From UHGV virus genome UHGV-0242779: DNA of 44,128 bases; one strand, given 5' to 3'. Positions 26,200 to 35,003 of the stretch are shown piece after piece (the stretch's first letter is position 1; every line of letters starts with the position of its first letter). Below the pieces are notes generated by a model that worked only from the letters and a program-made list of their open reading frames with translations, did not search any database and was not told the DNA's origin. The position numbers were made by a program, and so were the translations under genes. Source of the stretch: a virus.

Positions 26200-26736
26200 A
26201 TGATTTCTGAAGAAGAATTAATATTTGAAAAAATATATACCGATTACCAATGTGTATTACGCCAGTACGCAAGAGTATTCATGGTTCCCGTAGACGAAAT
26301 AGACGATGTTATACAAGAAACTTTTATTGAATATTTTAGAAGATATAAATACACGTGGTCTACTACCTATAAAAAAGGACTGCTGATTAAAATTTTACGT
26401 GGAAAATCCATAGATTGCCTTAGAAAACATGGACACTATAAAATCGTTAGTCTTAATGATAACGACAGCCATGTGAGCCTTGCTATGCTACCCAGGGCAA
26501 TCATTAAGGACCCGGCTGATTTTGTTGTAAGCGGTGATGCCACGGAATTAATCATTGACGAAATTGATAATATGAGAAGAGACAGGAAAGAAATCGCTAT
26601 CTTATATTTTCTGGAGCAGCGGACAATACCAGAGATATGCAAAGCACTTAACATTACTGAATCTGTGTGCAATTCTCGAATACACCGGACAAAAGTTAAG
26701 CTTAGGAAAAGGCTTACTGAATATATGAAGCAATAG
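26200..26736 (+). CDS. ECF-type RNA polymerase sigma factor
   Basis: region 2 (DDVIQETFIEYF) and region 4 (EIAILYFLEQRTIPEICKALNITESVCNSRIHR). Confidence 0.8.
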   Translation: MISEEELIFEKIYTDYQCVLRQYARVFMVPVDEIDDVIQETFIEYFRRYKYTWSTTYKKGLLIKILRGKSIDCLRKHGHYKIVSLNDNDSHVSLAMLPRAIIKDPADFVVSGDATELIIDEIDNMRRDRKEIAILYFLEQRTIPEICKALNITESVCNSRIHRTKVKLRKRLTEYMKQ

Positions 26737-26773
26737 ATGGAACCATCACAGCTACGCATACTAGGAGTTTGCC

Positions 26774-27094
<321 letters not shown>

Positions 27095-27100
<6 letters not shown>

Positions 27101-27298
27101 TACCGTTGCTGGAATTGACCAAATAATTTCCCATTGCGTTGTTTGGGGATTATATCTTACCAGATTGACACCATTATTATAAAATTCCAGCGACGATTTT
27201 GATCCATCGTTATGTTTAAAAACAAAATATCTTTTTTCGTTTTCGGTTCCAAACTCCATGTCGTCAACGTTTCCGATAAGAGCTAAATCACTATTTAG
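27095..27298 (-). other. silent tail-fibre C-terminal cassette B
   Basis: frame LNSDLALIGNVDDMEFG...SIPATVN* begins at site B. Confidence 0.75.
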
Positions 27299-27324
27299 CT
27301 TCGCAAAATTCGAATGTATGTTCT
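27282..27324 (-). repeat. recombination site B with upstream LexA-like box
   Basis: minus strand AGAACATACATTCG, 13 bp, TAAATAGTGATTTAGC; local palindrome AGCTAAAT-CACT-ATTTAGCT. Confidence 0.8.
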
Positions 27325-27438
27325 TAGTATTTATATCGATTTCCATGCTTATATTCATGTCTTAAATATGCAACATCCTTTACATTTTAATATAATGGCT
27401 GGCATTGGGTACACTAAAAGAAAAAACGAGGTGATTAT

Positions 27439-28248
27439 ATGCCAGCAGCACACAAAGGGGCTATAAGTTTCGGATTAGTCCACATTCCGGTAGCTCTTCA
27501 CACAGCCACACAGGATAATGACATACATTTTAACCAGCTTTGTAAGGAGGACGGTTCTCGAGTCAAATACAAAAAGGTCTGCGCAAACTGCGGTAAAGAG
27601 GTAGGCACGCAGGATATAGTCAAAGGCTTTGAGTTTTCGCCCGGCCAGTACGTTACAATGACAGATGCTGACTTCGAGAAAGCCAAAACAGAAAAGGATA
27701 AAACAATCCAGATATTGCATTTTACAGACCTCAAAAATATTCGGCCTATCTATTACGATAAAACATACCATGCTGTAGTCGAACCTGGCGGAGACAAGGC
27801 TTATGAGCTACTCCGGGAGGCAATGCTAAGTGAAGGAAAAGTCGCAATCGCTAAAACTGTAATGGGGCAAAGTGAAAAACTCCTCTGTCTGATCCCTACG
27901 GAAAAAGGACTACTTGTGGAAACCCTCTTTTTCAGCGAGGAAGTTAAAGAAATTCCAAAAGAACCGGCCCACCCGGAACTAAACCAACAGGAGTTAGACA
28001 TGGCAAAGATGCTGATTAATTCAATGAACAAAGAGTTTCAGCCTGAATTGTACCACGACGAATACCAGGCGCGCCTCCGGCAGATCATTGAGGCAAAAAT
28101 AAACGGACAGGAAATTGTCCAGGCACCGGCTCCACAGGAAAACAATATTATCAATCTTATGGAAGCGCTTCAGGCATCACTCAAACAGGTTGAAGGAGAT
28201 ACTCCTTCAAAGAAACCACGGGGCCGTAAGAAGGCTGTAGGCGCATGA
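27439..28248 (+). CDS. ku: Ku protein (non-homologous end joining)
   Basis: KGAISFGLVHIPVAL, IVKGFE, FQPELYHDEY, INLMEALQASL, basic C-terminal tail. Confidence 0.95.
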   Translation: MPAAHKGAISFGLVHIPVALHTATQDNDIHFNQLCKEDGSRVKYKKVCANCGKEVGTQDIVKGFEFSPGQYVTMTDADFEKAKTEKDKTIQILHFTDLKNIRPIYYDKTYHAVVEPGGDKAYELLREAMLSEGKVAIAKTVMGQSEKLLCLIPTEKGLLVETLFFSEEVKEIPKEPAHPELNQQELDMAKMLINSMNKEFQPELYHDEYQARLRQIIEAKINGQEIVQAPAPQENNIINLMEALQASLKQVEGDTPSKKPRGRKKAVGA

Positions 28249-29192
28249 TAGAGTTTGATCGCAAACAGATATCTCCTATGCTGATCGGCGCCGATGGAGA
28301 TGCATTTGACAGCCCTGACTATATTTATGAGCTCAAATGGGATGGCGAACGTTGCATTGCTTATCTGGACCCTATGGAAGGGACGGAACTTCGGAATAAA
28401 AGAAATGTCAAAATGCTCCCAAAAGTACCGGAACTCGCTGAAATGCATAAACAGATCAGGAAACGTTGTATTTTAGATGGGGAACTCATGGTTATGAAAG
28501 ATGGAAAACCCGATTTTTACGAAATACAAAAACGTAGCCTTATGTCAAACACATTTAAAATTGAACTTTTATCTAAGCAATATCCAGCCAACTTTGTAGT
28601 CTTCGATATCTTATATTATGATAATAGAGATATAACTCTCCTGCCACTCGTCGAACGCAAACAGTATTTGAAAAAGGTATTGCAAATGGAAACTGCTCGC
28701 TTTGCCGTATCTCGAACCATACCAGAGCATGGTCTCTCTCTCTACCAGTTGGCAGAGCAGCAAAACCTCGAGGGCATTGTGGCAAAGCGCAAAGACAGCA
28801 TATATATAGAGGGAAAACGCACGAAGGACTGGATCAAAATCAAAAACCTTAAAGACGAGGATTATGTGGTATGTGGATATATCTACAAGGATAATCACAT
28901 GATTAGCATTGTTTTGGGCCAATATGATGATGCACAGTTAATCTACAAGGGCCATGTTACGCTCGGAGTCGGTGGAGATAATTTCCGCATTATCAAATCA
29001 ACCGCGAAAATCGACAAGCCGGCATTTCAGCCACCAGCTGGCAATGAGGACGCGGTTTGGATTACACCCTCTCTGGTATGTACCGTAAAATTTATGGACT
29101 ATACCTCCAACGGCGGTATGCGGCAGCCAGTGTTTAAGGGGTTGCGGTATGATAAGAGTCCAAAGGATTGTATAGTTAAAGATAGCCACTGA
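28245..29192 (+). CDS. ATP-dependent DNA ligase (LigD ligase domain only)
   Basis: ELKWDGER, LDGEL, VFDILY, EGIVAKR, WIKIK, RQPVFKGLRYDK; no polymerase or phosphoesterase domain. Confidence 0.93.
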   Translation: MIEFDRKQISPMLIGADGDAFDSPDYIYELKWDGERCIAYLDPMEGTELRNKRNVKMLPKVPELAEMHKQIRKRCILDGELMVMKDGKPDFYEIQKRSLMSNTFKIELLSKQYPANFVVFDILYYDNRDITLLPLVERKQYLKKVLQMETARFAVSRTIPEHGLSLYQLAEQQNLEGIVAKRKDSIYIEGKRTKDWIKIKNLKDEDYVVCGYIYKDNHMISIVLGQYDDAQLIYKGHVTLGVGGDNFRIIKSTAKIDKPAFQPPAGNEDAVWITPSLVCTVKFMDYTSNGGMRQPVFKGLRYDKSPKDCIVKDSH

Positions 29193-29212
29193 CTTCGGCC
29201 AGTGGCATTTTT
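29184..29212 (+). terminator. intrinsic terminator after the ligase
   Basis: GCCACTGAC-TTCG-GCCAGTGGC-ATTTTT. Confidence 0.7.
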
Positions 29213-29220
29213 ATAACGAT

Positions 29221-29505
29221 TTAATACCATTCTTTTAATTTAAATCCCCCCAACTCCAAAAACATATTTATATATGTGCAATTAATATTTGCCATACAGA
29301 CCTTATGATAGAAGAACTCAATTATTTGCCGATTTGATATTTTAGTGATCTCGCGCCTCTGGCGATCTATAAGATAGACCACGAAATCGTTATCTTTCAT
29401 TTCACAGACAAACGTTTGGACATTCATACGTAACAGCATTATTTCAAAACTTTCCTTTGTTACATCTTTGCCCCAATCATAAAGACTTCCGTCTAAATTT
29501 CTCAT
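29221..29505 (-). CDS. hypothetical protein
   Basis: RBS GGAGGAG before ATG 29505 (MRNLDGSLYDWG). Confidence 0.55.
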   Translation of the reverse strand: MRNLDGSLYDWGKDVTKESFEIMLLRMNVQTFVCEMKDNDFVVYLIDRQRREITKISNRQIIEFFYHKVCMANINCTYINMFLELGGFKLKEWY

Positions 29506-29586
29506 TGTCTCCTCCATTATTACACCAAAATCTCTATTCTTATCTTTGCCATTTATCTCATGTGTTGTTCTCACAATTTTTTCCAG

Positions 29587-29615
29587 TTGTATATCGAACA
29601 TTTGTTTGTTATCAT
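29587..29615 (+). promoter_or_regulatory. SOS-regulated promoter
   Basis: TTGTAT-N17-TATCAT with CGAACATTTGTTTG (LexA box) between -35 and -10. Confidence 0.7.
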
Positions 29616-29636
29616 GAGATCAAAGGAGATGATACT

Positions 29637-29819
29637 ATGGCAATATGCACCCTGGAGCCCGACATTAACCAGTGCCCGTATTATAACGACGTGTCACAGA
29701 CATGCAATGGCGGCCCGCAAGAATGTGGATTTTATAAAAAAACAGAGCCACAAAAGGCAGAACCGGAGCAGATGGAGCGCCGGGTGAAGTGGTATGAGAA
29801 GTACTACGAGAAACGATAA
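29637..29819 (+). CDS. small Cys-rich protein
   Basis: RBS AAAGGAG; MAIC...CPYY...C...CGFY. Confidence 0.7.
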   Translation: MAICTLEPDINQCPYYNDVSQTCNGGPQECGFYKKTEPQKAEPEQMERRVKWYEKYYEKR

Positions 29820-29904
29820 GACGGCAGGACGAAGCTAATTGGGTGGCTACCGCCCTGCTGATATGAGCATACTTATTTAACAGTTTGCAGACTGCGTTGT
29901 GACG

Positions 29905-30008
29905 AATTCACATACAAATGCCGCTCTGGTAGTGGGGGATTGTGCAAACCAGGGCGGCCGTAAGAAGAGTTGACACACAAATTATATCACTTTATACAAA
30001 TAAATCAA
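29905..30008 (-). ncRNA. candidate sRNA unit 1
   Basis: TTGATT-N16-TATAAT (TG-extended); 11-bp hairpin with ATCCCCCA loop at 29920-29958. Confidence 0.5.
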
Positions 30009-30042
30009 TATTATTATTGTCAATTTATCAACAAATTCATAT

Positions 30043-30128
30043 AAAAATACGGCCCGCCAAAATGGCTAGGCCGTAAATTAGAAAAGCAAAAACACAGTGA
30101 TTATAGCACGCGTATTTCATTCTGTAAA
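30043..30128 (-). ncRNA. candidate sRNA unit 2
   Basis: TTTACA-N17-TATAAT (TG-extended); terminator TACGGCC...GGCCGTA+T5. Confidence 0.5.
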
Positions 30129-30180
30129 GAAGGAATTTAAGGGTACCCATTTACTGATCACCTATACATGAATTACACAC

Positions 30181-30306
30181 AAAAACCGCCCAGTGTATGG
30201 GGATACTGAGCGGCTTTGCATGAATACTCTTACTGGGCGTGCCAGAAAGATATAAGATATATAATACGAGCAGCCTGATTATATCATTTCCAGAGAGTTC
30301 TGGCAA
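30181..30306 (-). ncRNA. candidate sRNA unit 3
   Basis: TTGCCA-N17-TATAAT (TG-extended); terminator CCGCTCAGT-ATCCCCATAC-ACTGGGCGG-T5. Confidence 0.55.
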
Positions 30307-30410
30307 TACCTTTCTTCTCCAAAAATCAACTTTTTCGATTTTCGTAACGTTTTTATTCAAACAGTACACCTTAACTTCACATAATCAGCTGTATGCTTCC
30401 CCTTTTCCCC

Positions 30411-30526
30411 TTGCCAAGCACCTGTTAACGTGCTATACTAAACATGCGAATGGAAGTTTTACGATTCTCCAACAACCTATATTTTCTCAGAGAGGTCCAG
30501 ACATTCTTTACAGTGTCTGGATTTTT
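30411..30526 (+). ncRNA. candidate sRNA unit 4
   Basis: TTGCCA-N17-TATACT (TG-extended); terminator TCCAGACA...TGTCTGGA-T5. Confidence 0.55.
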
Positions 30527-30534
30527 CTGTCCGG

Positions 30535-30664
30535 TTGACATTTTAAAGTATTTGGCATATACTAAGAGTGCAGATAGAGATATGCTGTATACCTGCATAA
30601 CTGAATTAACGTTTAAGCGACATGTAATGTCGTCGGCCGCAGGGACCGCCATGAGGCGGTTTTC
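30535..30664 (+). ncRNA. candidate sRNA unit 5 / structured leader of the Panacea operon
   Basis: TTGACA-N17-TATACT; hairpin CGACA-TGTAA-TGTCG; terminator ACCGCC-ATGA-GGCGGT-TTT. Confidence 0.55.
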
Positions 30665-30713
30665 GTATTTTTTTGTAAAATAAGCATAATATAAGTGAGG
30701 AGGTGTCTATATT

Positions 30714-31175
30714 ATGGTCAGTGCTTTAGTTATCGGAAATACTATATTAGATAGAGCATTTAAAGAAAATAAGGATATCACGCCAATGAAACTTCAAAAA
30801 CTTATTTTTTGCTTGTACAAAGAATATTATAAATCTACTGGACGTGCGCTATTTGACGAAAGATTTGAGGCATGGAAATATGGTCCCGTACTCAGAAGTG
30901 TATATGATGAGTTTAAAAGTTCTGGTTCTAATTCAATAAAGCATTTTTCTAAATCAGATGATGGGAAAGTGTATGTAGCCGATACATCTTCATCTCCTCT
31001 TTTTAAGGAAGCATTTGATAAGGTTTGGGAAGATTATAGTGATTATGATGGAATTGTTTTATCCTCTTTCACTCATAAATCAAATACTGCTTGGAGAAAG
31101 GCAATAGATAACAGAAAAATCTACTTAAATGATAGTGATATTGCCAGTGAGGAGGATTATATTGTCACAAACTGA
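30714..31175 (+). CDS. Panacea (DUF4065/SocA-like) antitoxin-domain protein
   Basis: ITPMKLQKLIF, LFDERFEAWKYGPV, L...TH....W. Confidence 0.88.
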   Translation: MVSALVIGNTILDRAFKENKDITPMKLQKLIFCLYKEYYKSTGRALFDERFEAWKYGPVLRSVYDEFKSSGSNSIKHFSKSDDGKVYVADTSSSPLFKEAFDKVWEDYSDYDGIVLSSFTHKSNTAWRKAIDNRKIYLNDSDIASEEDYIVTN

Positions 31176-31503
31176 TGATGATTTTCTTTTCGGCAGACCC
31201 CTTAAAGAAGAAGAGGAACCTCTTGATGAAACCCAACTCAATAGAATAGACCCTTTGCTCGTAAAGCAACTCGAAATTGGAGAGCGTGATAAAAAGAGAA
31301 AAGACAAACGCTATTTTAGTGCTTTCAAATTAATTGTTGGTTGCCTGGTTATACTTGGATTGATATTTATAATTGATGTTATTACCAATATAGTTCTAAA
31401 TCACCAACCTTCTTCTATTACAAAGGATATAATTGAAATTATAAAAACTCTATTATTTACATTAAGTGGTTATCTATTTGCCAAAAAAGAATCTGGAGAT
31501 TAA
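31162..31503 (+). CDS. two-TM membrane protein, putative cognate toxin/effector
   Basis: RBS GAGGAGG, TTG start overlapping the Panacea gene; acidic N-terminus and two hydrophobic helices. Confidence 0.65.
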   Translation: MSQTDDDFLFGRPLKEEEEPLDETQLNRIDPLLVKQLEIGERDKKRKDKRYFSAFKLIVGCLVILGLIFIIDVITNIVLNHQPSSITKDIIEIIKTLLFTLSGYLFAKKESGD

Positions 31504-31530
31504 GGCGGCCCAAGCGGACCGCCCTTTTCA

Positions 31531-32280
31531 TTATTCCACTCGCTGCACCTCGAGATTGCCTTGTGCAAGGTTGTTCGTGACCATCAACGCCCCATACGTC
31601 GCCATATCCGCTTTGGACGGATTAAGCATATAGGCCATGCCGCCAATGATCACGTATCCAGTAACCATGTTCCCGGCATCGTCTACGAAAAACCACTTAT
31701 TCTTATATTTCACCCAGCGCGCCTTTTGCAGTTCCCCATTGATCGTAAAATGCCAGTTCCCGGCGCCGTCCTCAAAACTCTTTACCTCCTCCTCCTGGCC
31801 GCGGATCCGCAGGCAGAAGTCCGTCCACAGCTCCGGGCTGTCCATCATCTTACGAGGGCACCATTTGCGTTTGGCGTCGTAATGCCGGATCACCCGATCG
31901 GCAGGGATCCCCGTCTCCTGGATCAGATGTTTCACCAAATCCACACAGTTAAGCCGGGCCTTGTCGTAGTTGCTGTCAGGATTAACGCATATTTCAATGT
32001 TGATCGTATTGTTATTGTTGACTCCGGCCACCAGCGGCGTACCGTACTGCTTCCCTACCGCCCATGCTCCGTCCGTGTGGTTGAGTGTCTGGTAGATCGC
32101 TACATCGTCAACATAATAATGAACCGATGTAGACAGATTTCCGTTGTTGTGTGCCCTGGAATGCGCTGCAGCACCTGCTCCGCGGTTAAAATTGTCCGTC
32201 TCATGGATTACGATGTACTTTGGGTGATTCTGACTTGCATAGCAATTGATCTGCTTGATCTGTTTCGTAATAGGTATCAT
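31531..32280 (-). CDS. endolysin, N-acetylmuramoyl-L-alanine amidase (Amidase_2) with cell-wall-binding repeats
   Basis: IVIHET, SVHYYVDD, INIEIC, VIRHYD...CP; C-terminal WVKYKNKWFF repeats. Confidence 0.92.
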   Translation of the reverse strand: MIPITKQIKQINCYASQNHPKYIVIHETDNFNRGAGAAAHSRAHNNGNLSTSVHYYVDDVAIYQTLNHTDGAWAVGKQYGTPLVAGVNNNNTINIEICVNPDSNYDKARLNCVDLVKHLIQETGIPADRVIRHYDAKRKWCPRKMMDSPELWTDFCLRIRGQEEEVKSFEDGAGNWHFTINGELQKARWVKYKNKWFFVDDAGNMVTGYVIIGGMAYMLNPSKADMATYGALMVTNNLAQGNLEVQRVE

Positions 32281-32326
32281 AAATCCTCCTTAAAGAAAAG
32301 GGCCCAGAATCCCAGGCCCTAAAAAG

Positions 32327-32358
32327 TTGTGATATTGCAACCGTTGCGATATCGCAAT
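32327..32358. repeat. tandem palindromic sites upstream of the endolysin
   Basis: TTGTGATATTGCAA (32327-32340) and GTTGCGATATCGCAAT (32343-32358). Confidence 0.75.
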
Positions 32359-32368
32359 GGCTCCGGCG

Positions 32369-32701
32369 CTATTGGCCGCCACCCTTTTTATATTTTGTGC
32401 GCTGCCATATTTCCGATATTTTTTCCCAGCCTCCCATAGCTACAAGTGCCACCAGAAAAGCCACTATGACACAAGCCACAATCATATACCATACCATAGG
32501 CTGATTGAGATATGCCATTATCATCACCAAGGTCAGGGGGCAGAGCACTAAAGACAGGACGATAACCACCGCCGACGTTGGAAGCTTGTCCAGACCAGGC
32601 CATGACTTAATCACCTGTGTAATAGCTGATACTATAAAAGCCATCACTCCGATAGCAATTAATAAGTACGATCCATACTGCATAACTGTGTTAATATCCA
32701 T
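32369..32701 (-). CDS. holin
   Basis: three hydrophobic helices, basic C-terminus, precedes endolysin. Confidence 0.8.
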   Translation of the reverse strand: MDINTVMQYGSYLLIAIGVMAFIVSAITQVIKSWPGLDKLPTSAVVIVLSLVLCPLTLVMIMAYLNQPMVWYMIVACVIVAFLVALVAMGGWEKISEIWQRTKYKKGGGQ

Positions 32702-32717
32702 TTCAATTCCTCACTTT

Positions 32718-33008
32718 CTACTTATCTATAATAGATTCGAGAAGTTCGTCCCGAATCCGTTTCATATTTTCAATTCCATTGCCGGTAATTTGGTGATTAA
32801 GCATTGCTGCCAGACATTTTGATTGTTGCTTCTGCATGTCTTCCACAGCTTTGAGTCGGTCGTAATCCTGCTTGTCATGCTGTTCGAGTACTTCAACCCT
32901 TTTAGACATTTGGAAGGCCGGCCGGATCACCTTAACAATAACGGCTGCAGCACCTCCCACAATGCTGATTGCGCCACATATTGATAGTAATGTCTGTACT
33001 GTATCCAC
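32718..33008 (-). CDS. holin-associated membrane/coiled-coil protein
   Basis: N-terminal TM helix plus coiled coil, ITGNG motif; lysis module position. Confidence 0.6.
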   Translation of the reverse strand: MDTVQTLLSICGAISIVGGAAAVIVKVIRPAFQMSKRVEVLEQHDKQDYDRLKAVEDMQKQQSKCLAAMLNHQITGNGIENMKRIRDELLESIIDK

Positions 33009-33019
33009 TGATGTCCCCC

Positions 33020-33148
33020 TTAGTAGTCCTGTCCGGTGATCTCCTTATACTCCTCGGCTGTGATCCAACGCCCGACTGCATTGCGTACCATGCCAATCGA
33101 CCAGTACCCATCACCGTAATATCCCTTAACCTTGTTATACTTACTCAT
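33020..33148 (-). CDS. XkdX-family protein (not in ORF track)
   Basis: MSKYNKVKGYYGDGYWSIGMVRNAVGRWITAEEYKEITGQDY. Confidence 0.85.
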   Translation of the reverse strand: MSKYNKVKGYYGDGYWSIGMVRNAVGRWITAEEYKEITGQDY

Positions 33149-33151
33149 ATC

Positions 33152-33577
33152 CTACACCTCCTCTAAGTCAATGCCGCCCATCATTGCCACATACGCGAGC
33201 TGTGCCTGTGTGGCTGCCAGCTGCTCCCGCAGATCAGGCGCCCGGAACTCTGCAATCATTACCGTGCCGATCACGTCCCGTGTCTCTGTGATCGGATCGC
33301 TGGACTCAGGATCAGTCCCTGTCTGGACCTGTTCGGTACCCACGACGTAATTATCGTCTTTGGTAAGACGGCCCGCATACACGAGGTCTGAGCGTGTCAG
33401 GATAGGTTCCCCGGCATCGTCCAGTACGGTAATAGCCTTCGTGGCCTTGACGTCAGCCTCAACCTCTGCAAACGTGGCAGCCGCCGGCTGGAAGATCACT
33501 CTCCCGCCCTGATCCGTGAGCTGCACTCCGTTGACTAGGAGATCATACAGTTTCTCATTGATTTTGATTTTTTCCAT
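33152..33577 (-). CDS. putative tail-fibre assembly/XkdW-like protein
   Basis: RBS AAAGGA; precedes XkdX; C-terminal QAQLAYVAMMGGIDL. Confidence 0.55.
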   Translation of the reverse strand: MEKIKINEKLYDLLVNGVQLTDQGGRVIFQPAAATFAEVEADVKATKAITVLDDAGEPILTRSDLVYAGRLTKDDNYVVGTEQVQTGTDPESSDPITETRDVIGTVMIAEFRAPDLREQLAATQAQLAYVAMMGGIDLEEV

Positions 33578-33641
33578 TTTATTTCCTTTCCGCCCTTTTT
33601 CGGGCAATAAAATACCACCGGCCATTTACTGACTGATGGTA

Positions 33642-33824
33642 TCATTTTACTACTTTGGGTATCTGTACTCTTTCTTTCAAACATGTCTGTATATATCCGA
33701 CATACTCCTCATAGGACATGGCATCATAGAGTATTTCACAGTATTCGTCTGGTTCCATATTATATTTCTCCAGATAAGCCTTATGCAATTCGATAAGTTC
33801 ATTAGTTACCTTACCCTTCCACAT
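33642..33824 (-). CDS. hypothetical 60-aa protein (AT-rich moron)
   Basis: ORF with upstream AT-rich promoter-like region. Confidence 0.5.
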   Translation of the reverse strand: MWKGKVTNELIELHKAYLEKYNMEPDEYCEILYDAMSYEEYVGYIQTCLKERVQIPKVVK

Positions 33825-33917
33825 TCTTCATCAATCCTTTCAGTATTATATTAGCATGCCTTCCTTTAATTTGGAATACTATGTTACACTCTATAGCTGT
33901 TATAATTTCCTCCTCGG

Positions 33918-34286
33918 TTAAATAGTGATTTAGCCAGCATAACTGGATTAATTGTCAAAGATATTACATTAAACCCTGGTTATGCCATCTATGGAACATG
34001 GGCCACCCGGATCATAAAAGATAAATCTTCAGGGATATGTGTTATCAATCTGGCAATAAGAAAAGCTGATAATAGTGTAATTAATACAAACACTTATGTT
34101 GATATCGGTATTTTACCTGATGGGTTCCTTCCTATATATCCAACAGGCGCATCAGGCATAGGTGAAGAGCCCGGTGCGATAAACCACCCTGTCGGAATAA
34201 TACTTTTTGAAGGAAAAATCAAAGCAACTACATATGGAGAAAACACAAGAAATATAATTGCAAGCTTTTCATATTCAACAAATTAA
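33918..34286 (+). other. silent tail-fibre C-terminal cassette C (missed by the ORF track)
   Basis: 122-codon open frame with no start codon: LNSDLASITGLIVKDITLNPGY...IGILPDGFLP...SFSYSTN*; begins at TTAAATAGTGATTTAGC. Confidence 0.85.
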
Positions 34287-34296
34287 ATGATCAATT
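34284..34296. repeat. cassette junction site J2
   Basis: TAAATGATCAATT identical to J1. Confidence 0.8.
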
Positions 34297-34785
34297 AGCA
34301 GGGAATTTCTTCCATCCATGAACATTTCCGCTATCAACACTATGAATAAAAAAGTAACTTTGTCCTTGAACAAAGGCCACTACCGTTTGATAGTTAGAAT
34401 AATCGCCATACACAAAGGCAAATCCAGCAGTATTATATGTAAGTCCTGCTTTGAAGGGTGTATTTAACGTATCAACATCCCAGCGGAGAAAAACAGGGCC
34501 ATCACTAGGAGCCATAAGATTACTTGAGTAGACTGCTTTTGCTAAATCACTATTTAATTGAGCAACAGTCTGGTTGACGCTATACAGTGAGGCCATACTG
34601 GCTATCTTATTAGGATCGTTCACTATCTGGCTTACCACCGCCGCCGCTATCTTTTCGATGGCATCGCTGTTACTCTTGATGCCTTCTTCCAAATGCGTGA
34701 GCCTAGCCGCAGACAGCGGCGTACTGGTATCAGGTTTATTTTTCCATGCCTGCTTTGCATAGGCTATAAAATTACTTATTATCAT
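34291..34785 (-). CDS. tail fibre / receptor-binding protein with switchable C-terminus (currently cassette D)
   Basis: N-terminal WKNKPDTSTPLSAARLTHLEEGI fibre-anchor motif; crossover site at 34541-34557 encodes LNSDLA. Confidence 0.8.
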   Translation of the reverse strand: MIISNFIAYAKQAWKNKPDTSTPLSAARLTHLEEGIKSNSDAIEKIAAAVVSQIVNDPNKIASMASLYSVNQTVAQLNSDLAKAVYSSNLMAPSDGPVFLRWDVDTLNTPFKAGLTYNTAGFAFVYGDYSNYQTVVAFVQGQSYFFIHSVDSGNVHGWKKFPAN

Positions 34786-35003
34786 TCAGACATTCCTCCT
34801 TCTATTGGGTATACGTCAGTTCCTGGGTAGATATCAGTATTCGGGAAAAGTCCGAATAAATCTTCTCCAGGGTATAAATCAAGCGCCGGATATAAATCCG
34901 CCGCTGGAAATAATGTATATATTTCAACTTCAATTTTAAATTGTGCTTTCGTCGTCACTGGATTAGGTGTGATCGTGACTGACTGTATGTACAGTTCTGC
35001 CAT
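34782..35003 (-). CDS. small tail protein with LYP hexapeptide repeats
   Basis: ITPNPV Ig-like strand plus LFPAADLYPALDLYPGEDLF. Confidence 0.65.
   Translation of the reverse strand: MAELYIQSVTITPNPVTTKAQFKIEVEIYTLFPAADLYPALDLYPGEDLFGLFPNTDIYPGTDVYPIEGGMSE

Noticed and set aside
27299..27358. ATG-started N-terminus (MNISMEID...) for ORF 27095-27358, and TTG start for 26812-27090
   Set aside because: No RBS; better explained as start-less cassettes beginning at the crossover site.
27385..27416. Forespore sigma-F/G promoter for ku (GGGTACACTA)
   Set aside because: -10-like element present but no matching -35 at the correct spacing; unsupported.
30151..30683. ORFs of 72-99 aa in the sRNA region
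   Set aside because: No RBSs, mutually overlapping, and they cross promoters and terminators.
29820..30700. CRISPR mini-array or type III TA repeat array
   Set aside because: No direct repeats of constant length are visible; the units differ in sequence.
31561..32322. 253-aa plus-strand ORF
   Set aside because: Antisense shadow of the endolysin; no RBS or recognisable motifs.
33918..34785. Diversity-generating retroelement as the source of fibre variation
   Set aside because: No reverse transcriptase and no TR/VR pair with adenine-specific mismatches; the cassettes are unrelated in sequence.
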